From positions 46,750,001 through 46,814,000 of the forward strand of contig NC_058368.1 in NCBI RefSeq assembly GCF_018350175.1: a stretch of 64,000 nucleotides of DNA, in the 5' to 3' direction. A program made the position numbers and the translations under genes. The notes beneath the pieces are model-generated. The model searched no databases, was not told the origin of the DNA, and was given only the letters and a program-made list of their open reading frames with translations. Shown here in pieces: positions 12,716 through 24,449 of this stretch; position 1 is the first letter of the stretch, and every line of letters begins with the position of its first letter. The DNA is from Felis catus (lineage: Eukaryota).

Positions 12716-12768
12716 GCACGCACACACGCACACACACACACACACATACATGCAGATACACACACACA
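12716..12768 (+). repeat. Imperfect (CA)n microsatellite
   Basis: cacgcacacacgcacacacacacacacacata...cacacacaca. Confidence 0.9.
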
Positions 12769-12959
12769 ACTCTGCATGAAAAGAGAAAGACCTCTTTTTT
12801 ACTGTCTTGCATGTCTTTCAGTTGTTCCAGACAGGCTGGTTCTCAACTCTTATCTAGGTAACTCTAGGGAAGCCCTCATCACACTGCCAACCACAACTCA
12901 TTCCTCGCTCATTAAATGAAGTTAGTAGCTCATGATCAGTATTTCTTACATTTAAATAG

Positions 12960-13235
12960 ACTCTTTGTACTCTTTCCATTATTTGGCCATTTTGATAGTG
13001 CTGCTATAAACTCTGGGGTACATGTGCCCCCATGTGTCAGCACTACTGTATCCTTTGGATACATTCCTAGTAGTGCTATTGCACCCCTGCTAATTAAAAA
13101 TAGAACAACCTGTAAGGTAGTTCTATTTTTTAATTTTTTCGAGGAACCTCCACACTGTTTTCCAGAGCAGCTGCACCAGTTTGCATTCCCACCAACTGTG
13201 CAAGAGGGTTCCCGTTTCTTCACATCCTCGCCAAA
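12960..13235 (-). mobile_element. Carnivore L1 internal ORF2 C-terminal fragment
   Basis: Clearly homologous to 39610-39853 in this window (gaggaacctccacactgttttccagagcagctgcaccagtttgcattcccaccaac); no 3'UTR or poly(A). Confidence 0.9.
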
Positions 13236-14594
13236 ATAGCCTCTAACACATGCAATGAAGTAACATTTTGTTTGTAAAAGTTCTGTTTCAGTTGTGTGAG
13301 TGTAAGAATTGTGTGCATGAATGTTTTCTGAGGGATGTATATATAGAGACAGATAGATAATATATATGCTATATATTTTATAAATATAGCTAAATATTTT
13401 GCTAGAGATCCAAGTTAAAAAAGGCAAGATAGCTTATTCCTGGATTTCCCCAGAACTATTATTTTGTCTTCTCAGTGGTACTGAGAGAGGTAGCATTGCT
13501 AAGTGGATTTGGAATGGGAGAGGCTTAGCAGGATTCCGTTATGGGAGGGATAGAAAATTCAAGATCTATAGCAAGTAAGGTTTTACATGGCCTTTATTTT
13601 TACTTGTATAGTAATGGAAAGAAGAGGGAAGGTGGAAAGGTGAGAAGAAAAGGAGGGAGTAAAACGGGGATGAAAAGGAAAGATGGCAAGATTAAATGCA
13701 AGCAGTAAAGTCTAATCACCTGAAAAACTTGTATGTGCATATCTCAGCGGCGCTGATGACCACCACCCTACAGCGTAACAAGGAATTATCCCAAGAACAC
13801 ACAGATGATGGGAGAGATGCTTAAAGGATACAAGAGATCTCTACAAAGATTTGCTTAAAAATTTTTTAACACTAGAAATTATAGACCGATACATGTTAAC
13901 TCTAGTATGTGTAAAAATATTGGCGCATATCGCCAGAAAATCAATTTGTAAACACTAAGATTGCAGACCAATAACTAACATGAGTTAGAAGAGCAAATTA
14001 TCAAAGACCAATCTAATAGCCTTTGCTGACAGAGCAAGGCACGTTGTAGATAGCAGAAAAGCAATAAATGCAATATATCTCAAGCTCAGGATGGCCTTTG
14101 ATTTTGTCCCATATGACACACTCATCAACAAGCAGAGAAAATATAGCTTAAACCAGTATTTCTCAGACTATGCATTGTGACCTCCAAGGTTATCATGAAA
14201 AGGTAGAGACAGGTTGCAGAATTTGCTACTGTATTTCTTCTCCATAGTGCCTGAGCCAGAGGAAGTCCTAATATGTGGAAAAGGAGAACAGCAAAAATTC
14301 CTTCGAAGGCACTATTTGTTCTCACATTCCCAGAAAACTCTTGTACCCCTTCTCTAGCTATTATAGTAATATCCATCTCTGTGACTGGCCAAGGATCAAG
14401 GAAGTTCTGGTTAAGCCAGACTTCAAGGTGTTGAGCTTTACTTTTGATTTCATTGCTCTGTTTCTCACTTATCAACCACATCAATAGTATAAAAAAAAGA
14501 ATATACTAAACACAGATGAATAAGAACTAAATTTTGTTTATTTATGACATCCAAGCACTGATAAGTATTTAAGATGTGAAGAATTTAAAACATG

Positions 14595-14822
14595 TTAATA
14601 TATTGCTATTTAACAAACAGCAAGCACTACTAATAACTCATTTAATGTTCACAATAGCCCTAAGAGATAGATACTATTATTTACAGGTGAGGAAACTGAT
14701 GCACCAAGAGATGAACTGACTTGCCTAGGCTACATCCTAATAATTGGTAGGGAAGAGTTGGTCAAAATTTCAAACCAAGCAGTTTGAATCCAGAGTCAGG
14801 ACCTTTAGCTACTGGACTATGG
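14595..14822 (-). mobile_element. MIR SINE
   Basis: actcatttaatgttcacaatagccctaagagatag...ttacaggtgaggaaactgatgcac...tgacttgcctagg; tttgaatccagagtc. Confidence 0.85.
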
Positions 14823-14889
14823 TGCTTCTCCAAATGTAGAACAGCAAACACAGTGCTCTGCACATAATGTGCTCTATAGCTATCAACTA

Positions 14890-15367
14890 CTGGCATAATT
14901 AATTTTATGTGTCAACTAGACGGGGCTAAGGAATGCCCGAGGAGTTGGTACAACAGTGTTTCGGGGTGTGTCATTGAGGAGCTGAATAGAACAAAACGGC
15001 AGAGGAAGGGAGAATTCTCTCTTTTTCTTCTCTCTGCCTGAGCTGAGACATCCATCTTCTCCTGCTTTTGGACATCAGTGCTTCTGGTTCTGGGCTTTTG
15101 AACTTTACCAAAACTTAGACCATCAGTCCCAGATCCTCAGGCCTTTGGACTGAGACTGAATGACTTCCTAGGTTCTCCAGCAGCTTGCAGATATCAGATC
15201 ATGGAACTTATCAGTTTCTGTACTTGCATAAGCCAGATCCTATTACAAATCTCCTCTTCTATATCTGTATCTGTATTCATATATGTGTATTTGTATCTAT
15301 ATCTATATTTATATTTATATCTATATCTATATACCTTACTGGTTCTGTTTCTCTGGAGAACTCTAGT
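14890..15367 (+). mobile_element. MLT2 (B/D-like) ERVL solo LTR
   Basis: 5' ttaattttatgtgtcaactagacggggctaagg; gagctgagacatccatcttctcctgc; 3' tggttctgtttctctggagaac after a TA-rich tract. Confidence 0.88.
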
Positions 15368-15688
15368 GCAGCTATTATTATTACTAGTCAATTCATTCAC
15401 CACCCTATATTACCCAGTTTACAGGTGAAGAAACTGACACGTGATGAATTTAAGCATTTCTGTAAAGAGAATAAGGATGTGTTTGGATGTATCCAATAAG
15501 GCAGAATGTTGTACCAATAATCTGTTGAGTTCGTTTGTAGAAGAAGGAGGAGAGTGCCAGCTTCCAGACAGTGTGGTCTTGAGAAGACTGATGGAATCAT
15601 AAAGGCAAATGGGAAAGAGAGAGCTGTTCAGAGACAAAAGTTTTGCTGAGTGGAACCAGGGTTTCAGATGACTGAAAGAGATCAGGTA

Positions 15689-15898
15689 CTTAAAAAAATG
15701 TTTATTTATTTATTTTGAGAGATAGAAAGCATGAGCAGGGGAGGAGTAGAGAGAGGGGGAGAGACAGAGAATCCCAAGCAGTCTCCTTGCTCTCAGCTCA
15801 GATCCCGATATGGGGCTCGAACCCAGGAACCGTGAGATCTTGAAGTGAGCTGAAACCTAGAGTCGGACGTTCAACTGACTGAGCCACCCAGGCGCCCC
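15689..15898 (-). mobile_element. Can-SINE
   Basis: Ends gagccacccaggcgcccc; TSD agagatcag (15677-15685 / 15899-15907). Confidence 0.95.
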
Positions 15899-16769
15899 AG
15901 AGATCAGAAATTTTTTTGATAGCACCAATCAAACATTTGTAGGATATTCATCAGAAGAGGTTTCTGTATTCTTGAAAAAAAAATCTTTAAAGAATAGATG
16001 ACTTTGGGTGTTTCTCTGAGAAGAAAGCTAATTTGATATTTCAATTGAATTTTAACTTGAAATGTTTTGAATGAAAAGAAGCTTCTCCTCTTGAACTTAT
16101 TTCAGTAAGAAGCTGAAAACTCCTGTTTTCCTAACTGGATGAAAACATAATTTTAAGCTATCTATACACCTTTTTTGTATTCTTCAGGGGTAAATTAAAT
16201 TTACACATTTGCTCTTGAATTTGCCGTGTCTTCATTTTCCCCTCCATTCATGCTTGTGTGCTCTGTGTCTGTAGATTTTCAGAGAATTGTGGAAGAGAAA
16301 TAAAAGCGAGAGCATTCGAGGAGAAATGATTGTTTCTTCCATATGTAGGGACCTGGTCTACGGCAGCAGTCTGTTCATCTCACACAGCTTTGCTGCTCGA
16401 TTTTGTGTGTGACAGATTGTCAAATGAAATGTTTATTCTGCCCCTTTTCATTCTCTCTGTTCATTTGCTATTCTAAAAATAGACTATTTAGAATAGGAAA
16501 GCTTCTCGCCACTACAAGAGGTCATTCTTTGTTTTTTAATGTTCCAATTGTTTTCCTAACTGAGCAAATCAAATATGGAAAGATATAATGCTTCAAATAA
16601 ATCTATAAATATATTTGGGGATGATTAGGATGAGGCCAACTCAAAGGAGGATATATAGAAGTCTACATTTATTTCAGAAAACAGGAATAAACACTGATTA
16701 CTTAATATATGTCCCAAATCTTGGTCTCTAATATCTGAAACTATCTTCAGAGGAGATATATATAAATTC

Positions 16770-16986
16770 TTTTTTTAAAGTTTATTAATTTATTTTGAGA
16801 GAGAGAAAGAGAAAGAGTGTGTGAGTGGGGAAGGGGCGGAGAGAGAGGGAGCAAGAGAATCCCAAGCAGGCTCTGCACTGACACTGCAGAGCCCGACTGG
16901 GGGATCAAACTCACCAACCGTGAGATTATGACCTGAGCCAAAATTGAGAGTTGGATGCTTAACCAACTGAGCCACCCAGAAGTCCC
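16770..16986 (-). mobile_element. Can-SINE
   Basis: T-tail, GA tract, aaccgtgagattatgacctgagcc, ctgagccacccag. Confidence 0.95.
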
Positions 16987-17093
16987 AAGATACAGTAGGT
17001 TCTAAGTAAATGTTGAACAAAAAAATGTATAACCACAACATACCTTGGGTTTTGTGTGATGCTTTGTACAGGTTCTCATTAAAAAAAGATTCA

Positions 17094-17295
17094 GGGGCTC
17101 CTGGGTGGCTCAGTCGGTCAAGCATCTGACTTCAGCTCAGGTCATGATCTCCTGGTCTGTGAGTTCAAACCCGGCTCTGTGCTGACAGCTCAGAGCCTGG
17201 AGCCTGCTTCGGATTCTGTGTCTCCCTCTGTCTGCTCCTCCCCCACTCACAGTCTGTCTCCCTCTCTCTTTCTTTCAAAAATAAATAGATATTTT
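17094..17295 (+). mobile_element. Can-SINE
   Basis: Head ggggctcctgggtggctcagtcgg; TSD aaaaaaagattc (17081-17092 / 17296-17307). Confidence 0.95.
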
Positions 17296-17617
17296 AAAAA
17301 AAGATTCCCTCAACCAAAATACAAGCAATGTAGTTCATCACTGACATATCACTAAGATTGTTAACAGAAGAAAATGAGTTTGTAATATTTAGTTTTTTTA
17401 TAAAAGGCTTTCAAAATTATCTCCGCTCAGTTCTTTTCTATTCCCAATAATTTCCACATGGGCAGTGAATGCTCCCCACCTCCAAATTTCTCTCTACTCC
17501 ATTTTCAATACCCCATCTGAAACTGACACCTAAGTCCAGACAGCTCATCTCCTTAAATCTCTTGTCTTTTATTTCTTCTTTCATTTATCTCTTCTTCCTT
17601 ATAAACAGTTAGTCTAC

Positions 17618-19310
17618 TTTTGTTTATTGTTGTAGAAAATATACATAACATAAAATTTACCATTTTGACCATTCTTAAATGTACATTTCTATGGCACTAA
17701 GTACATTCACATTATTGTGCAACTATCACCAACATCTATCTCCAGAACATTTTCATCTTCCCAAACTTAATCTGTACTCATTAACAGTAACTCCCTAATC
17801 CTCCCTCCCCTCAGATCCTTGTAACCACATTCCACTTTGTGTCTCTAATGAATTTGGCTCTTCTAGGTACTTCATATAAGTGGAATGATATCTGTCTTTT
17901 TGTTATTGGCTTATTTCACTCAGCATAATATCTCCAAACTTCATCATGTTGTAGCATGTGTCAGAATTTCTTTCCTTCTTAAGGCTGCATAATATTGCAC
18001 TATGTATGTATTATATATATGCTACATTTTATTTTTCCATTCGTCTATTCATACCATTATGAATGTAGATATACAAATATGTGTTTGAAACCCTGCTTTC
18101 AATTCTTTTGGGCATATGCCCGGAAGTTCAATTGCTGTATATTATGGTAATTCTGATTATTTTTGAGAAACTGCCCCACTTTTTTTCATAGCATCTGTAC
18201 CATTTTACATTTTCACCCACAGTGCACAAGTGTTTCAGTTTATCCACATCCTCACTAGCATTTGTTATTTTCTGGTTTTCAGATTTGTTTTGTTTTGTTT
18301 CAAATAATAGCTATCCTACTAGGCATGAAGACTCCAACATCATTATTTTGCATCTGGATATTCCATTTTCCCAATACCATTTGTTGAAAAGATGATCCTT
18401 TTTCCATTGAATTATTATAGTTGTTTCATTGAAAATCTCTTGACCATATATGCAATGGTTTATTTCTGGGCTCACTTTCCTATTCCATCAGTCTATCTGT
18501 TTGTCTTTATGCCAGTATCACCCTGTTTTTAATACTATAGCTTGGTAGTAAGTTTTGACATCAGGATGTATGAGATGTCCAACTTTGTTCTTTTTCAAGA
18601 TTGTTTTGGCTCTGAAGGGTCCTTTGAGATTCCATGTAAGTTTTAAGATAGAATTTTCTATTCCTGCAAAAATCACTGCAATCTTGGTAAGAATTGCATT
18701 AACTCTTTAGATTGCTTCCAGCAGGATTGGCATCATTAAGATGTTCATCTGTGAACAGAGATAATTTTATTGCTTTCTTCTCAATTTGGATTCCTTTTAT
18801 TTCTTTTTCTTGCCAAGTACTCTGGCAAGGACTCCCAGTACTATATTGAGTAGAAGTCATAGAAGTAGCAAAAGCAGACATCCTCGCCTTGTTTCTGATT
18901 TAGTCTTAAGGTCTTCCATCATTGAATATAATGTTGGCTGTGCGTTTTTCATATATGCCTTTGTTATGTCAAGATAGTTTCCTTCTATTCCCAGTTTGCT
19001 GAGTGTTTTTATCATGAGAAAGTGTTGAATTTTGGCAAATGCTTTTTCTTCATCCATTGAGATGATCATATTTTTTTTCTTTTATACTGTTAATGCATTG
19101 TATTGCATTGATTGATTTTTGCATGCTGAACCATCCTTGCATTCCATGAATAAATCCCACTTGCTCGTGGTGTATAATCTTTCTTTTAGTATACTGTCGA
19201 GTTTGCATTGCTAGTATTTTAAGGATTTTGGCATTAGTATTCATAAAGGATATTGACTTGTAGTTTTCTGTTCTTGTAGTGTTTTTTTCTGGCTTTGCTT
19301 TCAGGATTAT
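17618..19310 (-). mobile_element. Old L1 (L1MA/L1MB-type 3' end) with internally deleted ORF2 remnant
   Basis: 3' UTR acataaaatttaccattttgaccattcttaaatgtaca...aagtacattcacattattgtgcaactatcacc; RT remnants translate as [59 protein letters not shown]. Confidence 0.92.
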
Positions 19311-19319
19311 TTTCATTTT

Positions 19320-19420
19320 TTTTTAACATTTATTCATTTTTGAGAGACAGAGAGAGACAGAGTTCAAGCAGGAGTGGGGCAGAATTTGAAGCAGGCTCCA
19401 GGCTCTGAGCTGTTAGCACA
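19320..19420 (-). mobile_element. 5'-truncated Can-SINE
   Basis: 3' half only (tail to gctctgagctgttagcaca); exact 15-bp TSD gattattttcatttt (19305-19319 / 19421-19435). Confidence 0.92.
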
Positions 19421-19453
19421 GATTATTTTCATTTTAAAATTAAAAAACTCATT

Positions 19454-19670
19454 GGGGCGCCTGGGTGGCTCAGTCAGTTAAGCGTCCAACTTCAGCTCAG
19501 GTGGATCTCACAGTCTGTGAGTTCCAGCCCCACGTTGGGCTCTGTGCTGTCAGCTTGGAACCTGGAGTCTGCTTCAGATTCTGTGTCTCCCTCTCTCTCT
19601 GCCCCTCCCCTACTCATGCTCTGTCTCTCTCTGTCTCGAAAATAAAAAAAAAAATAAAAAAAAAATTTTT
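19454..19670 (+). mobile_element. Can-SINE (SINEC_Fc-like)
   Basis: Full head and tail; exact 16-bp TSD aattaaaaaactcatt (19438-19453 / 19671-19686). Confidence 0.96.
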
Positions 19671-21324
19671 AATTAAAAAACTCATTAAAGTTATCTTATT
19701 CCTTTCAGCTTTTCAGTTTTCATATTACCTGGTAAATCCTCCCTATTTCTTGGAAGTCCAACTGGAGAGTTTGGAATAAGAGGCAGAGTGGGGGACTGAG
19801 TTTCCTTTGGCAGGCAAATTGCAAACATCGATGATTTAATATCTTTCTTTTATTCTGGTCACAAATGAATTAAACTTAATTGCATTCCATAATAGGAGAT
19901 AAGCATTGCAAGAAGAGGCTTTAAGAAGGAACAACAGTGGTTGAAGTTCATGTGAGGCATTCAATGTGGCCCCAAGCCCCTTTTTTTAATCATAGATCCC
20001 CAATGTTGTTATGTTTATTAGTATTTTACTTAAACACATTCAAACATAAACCTATCCGTAAATTGTATCCATACAAAACTTTTATAAAAAAATTAAAATT
20101 TAAAAATCAAATACAAATCCTACCAAAATGAACAGTTCAAATTAACAATTTTATGTGACAAATGTTGTTTGTTTTCCAGAAACAAAATGTTGGCTCACAT
20201 GATGCCTGTTGCTACCACAAAAAATATTTTTAGTCCATCGTGCCTATACTACTATGTATTTTATTGTGATGACTCATCTTTCCCAACATTTGTCTTTATA
20301 TAAATTATTGCAAAAGATTTATTTACATGGCATTCTGTCTGTGATGTTATTTAGACTTCCCCTGACTTGTCAGTATCATTTAAATATTTATTCTGCCCTT
20401 GTTATTTTTCTATTAACCTGGGATCACTAAAATAGTGCTATTTGTCTACAGCAAACCCAAACTGAAACGTGGACACTGAAACAGTTTGGCAGTAATCTAG
20501 TTGTAAGGTGCTCATCCAAATAATCCAAAACATACTTTTGTTAATTCTTAGATTAGCATTAAAATGAAAAACTCAAATGTACACTTCCAAATGGTGAATT
20601 TACAAATCTACCCACAAATCATTGGAAAAACTGGTAAAAAGAAACAGATACTAATTGGAAAAGGATGTGGAAAAAGGTTAAGGAGAGTAAAAAAAACTCA
20701 CGGGCCAATGAGGACAGGAAGTTTTGTGTGGGAGTGTTCTTGTGTTTCTCTCCAAGGCAACCACAGCACACAGAGGTGAGGCATGGGTTGAAGGGATATG
20801 GTGAAAAGCAGTATCCAGGGACCAAAGAAGGATAAGGACAAGTTGATAGTGGTAAGGAAGCGAATTGCCTGTCCGAGGACCTGGCAGAGAGGAGAGAACC
20901 AAGGAAGGAGCAAAAGGTTTGGGTCCAGTTGGGGAAGCAGGTTCAAGGAAACGAACAGGAGCAGAAGCTGGAGGCTGAAGCCCACATAGAGGTGATGACT
21001 GTCATTGTCACTGAGTGCATTCCTGCAGGTGGATCTCCAGAGTCAAGAAAGGATGAAAAATTGGAAACCGTAGCTTTTGGAGACTACTAGCTTCAATAAA
21101 CAAATAAGATAAAAAACTTCATCAAGGCCTGGCTCTTACTGAAGCCAATAGACTGACACAAAGTATAGACGGCAACTAGGCCAAAGTAGGACAGCAGTCC
21201 AAGTGACCACAGGAAGAATAACGTTTTTCTCTGGCTCTTTGCTCCTCATTGAAGAGTCGTGGGAACATTAACCATCTACCCACTCTCCCCCTGGCAAACC
21301 ATACATACTCAACATCCTTTCAAT

Positions 21325-21570
21325 TAATTCACCCGTATTTCCTTTACTAAGTTATCTGATGCCTTATTTTTCCAGGGCCTTGCTAAGCACTGGAGATTTA
21401 ATGGTGAGAAAGGCACAGACACTGCCCTCCTGCATCCTACAGTCAAAGCCGGGATACAGATAAGTCATTCAGTCTAGCTTTTGTGCAAGAGCTGTAGAAG
21501 GACAGTGAATGTCAGTGGCAAGAGATCACACTGAAAAGTTAAGTGGAACCCTAAAGAGCTTTCTGAGAGC
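21325..21570 (-). mobile_element. L2 3' fragment
   Basis: ccagggccttgctaagcactggagatttaatggtgagaaaggcacagacactgccctcctgcatcctacagtc. Confidence 0.7.
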
Positions 21571-23375
21571 CACTGAAGATTTTTAGGCATGAAAATAAAG
21601 TGGTTGGAACAAGCTAAAAAGAATACATTGTTCAAATATCTGTTCAAATATGACCTTCTCCATAGCCACATAGAATGTGCTATTTTATGTTCCTACTTGG
21701 CTCCTGAAGAAATGTTTCCAGTCACTTTCAATATTTCCCAGGGGTTTCAAATGTCATTACCCATGGTCCATCAGGTATGCAAGTGCGTGAAGTGGACTGG
21801 CATAAGACAATAAGGAGTAGTGGTGATTCCAGTAAAGGTGGGCATCTATGGGCAGGGCGGCTGTTGCTCAGTTCCAACTGAATTTTGATACATAGCAACT
21901 TTGGCGGAAACATTGTGTATTTTCCCGGTTTCTGTTTTCTTCAAAAATCCTCAACCTAATAATCAGAATGGTTTCATTCAGGGTTCATGTGTGTAGTGAA
22001 ATTCACAATGAAGCATGGAAGGTACAGTGATTTCAATATGTTGAAAAGATATCTAAATATTTAGCTGCGAATTAGCCCTGCGAAGAAGGGCAATGTAAAC
22101 TAACTTGCTGTTTAGCCAGGCAAGCACTTAATGTATATGTTTATGCATGCATGTGTACATGTGTGTGTATGTGTGCATGTGCTTGTTCATAGAAAAACTA
22201 AAATGTTAGAGGCAAATGGTAAGAAAAAATAAGAGAAGGCTGATGAAAAAGTGAGGAAATAATTACTCCTTTATATCACCTAATATATACTTGCATACTT
22301 AGGATGGCTTATTGGTTGCTTGAAATCTAAATGTGCCTTGTGATGCCTTTATACAAATCAATAATAAAATTTCATTTTTGCTATAGTTCAGAATGTTTAA
22401 CATTTAGTATTTCCCTTGTGCTTTATAACTCACAAAAATGTTGTTGTTCAACAGGATATAGCAAAGTGAATGGGAATTGAAGTCAGATGTTGCACTCTAT
22501 ACGTCCAGTAACAAAACTCCATTTGCATAATACAAATGGTATCTTTGGAATTTATGTGACCTGATGGTCCTACCTACTAATAAGTTGTGTAATCTGGGCC
22601 AGACTCCAGCATATGGGTCTTTTCATTTCTTATCTGTAAGGAAAACAAGTTTGACTCAAGTTAGGAAAAATTATTTAAAACTTTAAAAAAAGGTAAAAAG
22701 TTGGGCATTATGTCCTTTCCATATCAGACTGGGAAAATGTTTAATAAGTTTTGGCTATTAGCTATTTGATTCGATCCCAGTTTAGACAATTAGAAATGTA
22801 GAATATATTTTAAAAGCCGCTGTGTAAAAATCTGTCTGGGGGAATCGAGGAATCTAGTTGACTCGATGCATCTAGCTTTCACTGATCGAATTTTTGCATT
22901 TTACTCTAAATTAAAGCCTAAAATGCTTCCAATTATTATTTGAATTTGACTTATTTTACAGGCTTTGGCAACATTTTTCTAAGAAACATGTATAATAACC
23001 TGGGGAAAAAAAACACACACTTCAATAAAATTTAAGAAAAACCACTAAGGGCATTTGTTTTTTATAAACAATATACACAGCTGGTAGCAATGTTGGCAAG
23101 GACACTGGCCAGAGAGCCACATATTTGCCACTACAAACTGTTCTGTTCGCCCTTTATCCGGTAACAGCTGGTAAAATGGCATTTAAGAACAGTTTGATTT
23201 AATCTAATGAGAAACTGTGCTGTAGTGCATGATAGTGTCTGCAGAAAATAATTGGACAAACACTGATTTTTTAATGTTGCTATAATAGTTACATTTTCAA
23301 TAAATAGGAATTTATATGCATATCTATTTGGCAACATTCCTTTCTACATGAAAGCTAGTGATTGATTCCTAACAT

Positions 23376-23378
<3 letters not shown>

Positions 23379-23418
<40 letters not shown>
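23379..23418 (+). repeat. (CA)20 microsatellite
   Basis: Direct reading. Confidence 0.97.
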
Positions 23419-23421
<3 letters not shown>

Positions 23422-23469
23422 GCATGCACACATGTATACATGCAAGATACATATAAATTAGCACACAGT

Positions 23470-23472
<3 letters not shown>

Positions 23473-23522
<50 letters not shown>
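23473..23522 (+). repeat. (TA)16(CA)9 compound microsatellite
   Basis: Direct reading. Confidence 0.95.
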
Positions 23523-24230
23523 TCCTTTCAATTTATTTATCCATATTTAATTTACTAAATTATCATATATACATATGCATATATGTATGTGTATATGTAT
23601 GTATATGTATATATTATATATGTACTATAAAATTTTAGTGTCATCACCACCAGAGGGGGAAAAACTATTTGGGATACAATTTTAGATTTTATGGCAATCT
23701 TTGAAACCAGAATTATCTACAGGAATAAAACACTAGTTTTGGGAAGATCCAGCAACTGTGAGAATAGTGAATACCAATCAGAGAGTCTTAGGGACCAAAT
23801 AACAAAGCCACACTTACTTTGGTCTCTTCACAGTGACTGAAGAGAAGAAGGAGCCTCCTGACTCTTCCATGTCTACCCTGGAAACCTTTGAAAGAGTAAA
23901 CATCATGTTTGGTTGCCTGCACATGCACTCTCCTCTCTGTTTATTTTTCTCATATCTCCTCTGTTCCAAATACTGCAGGCACTAGAACAAAAAGAACTGC
24001 CCCTGCGGTATTTCTGTCATGACTTGCTACCGAAGGCATTTGAAAGCAAACATGAGCATATCTTGCCAAAATTGGAATCAGGTTTTATTGATGCGTAAGG
24101 TTCAAATATTTGCATAAACACAGACTTTTAGGTAATATCCAAAATAGTCCATTTTTTGAAGAATATATGTATATTCTTCATATATATGTTCATTTACAAA
24201 CCATCTTTCATTGTTCTCTGTTTCATGTAA

Positions 24231-24449
24231 TTTTTTTAAAGATTATTTACTTTGAGAGAGAGAAAACATGTACACAGGAGCCAGCAGGAGAGGGACAGAG
24301 AGAGGGAGAGAGAGAATCCCAAACAGGCTCCATGCTGTCATTGTGCAGCCTGGAGCCCTATGTGGGCCTTGATCTCACAAACTGTATGATCGTGACCTGC
24401 AATGAAATCAAGAGTTGGCTCTTAATGGGCTGAGCTACCGAGGTGCCCC
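24231..24449 (-). mobile_element. Can-SINE, diverged
   Basis: T-tail, gagagagaatcccaaacaggctcc, ctgagctaccgaggtgcccc; degenerate TSD catgta(a)ttttt. Confidence 0.92.

Noticed and set aside
12936..13427. 163-aa minus-strand ORF
   Set aside because: Non-ATG start; off-frame reading through an L1 ORF2 fragment plus a TA-rich tract
23647..23660. CCACCAGAGGGGGA CTCF-like motif
   Set aside because: Lacks the conserved GGC(G/A)C end of the core; a single imperfect match in 64 kb is expected by chance
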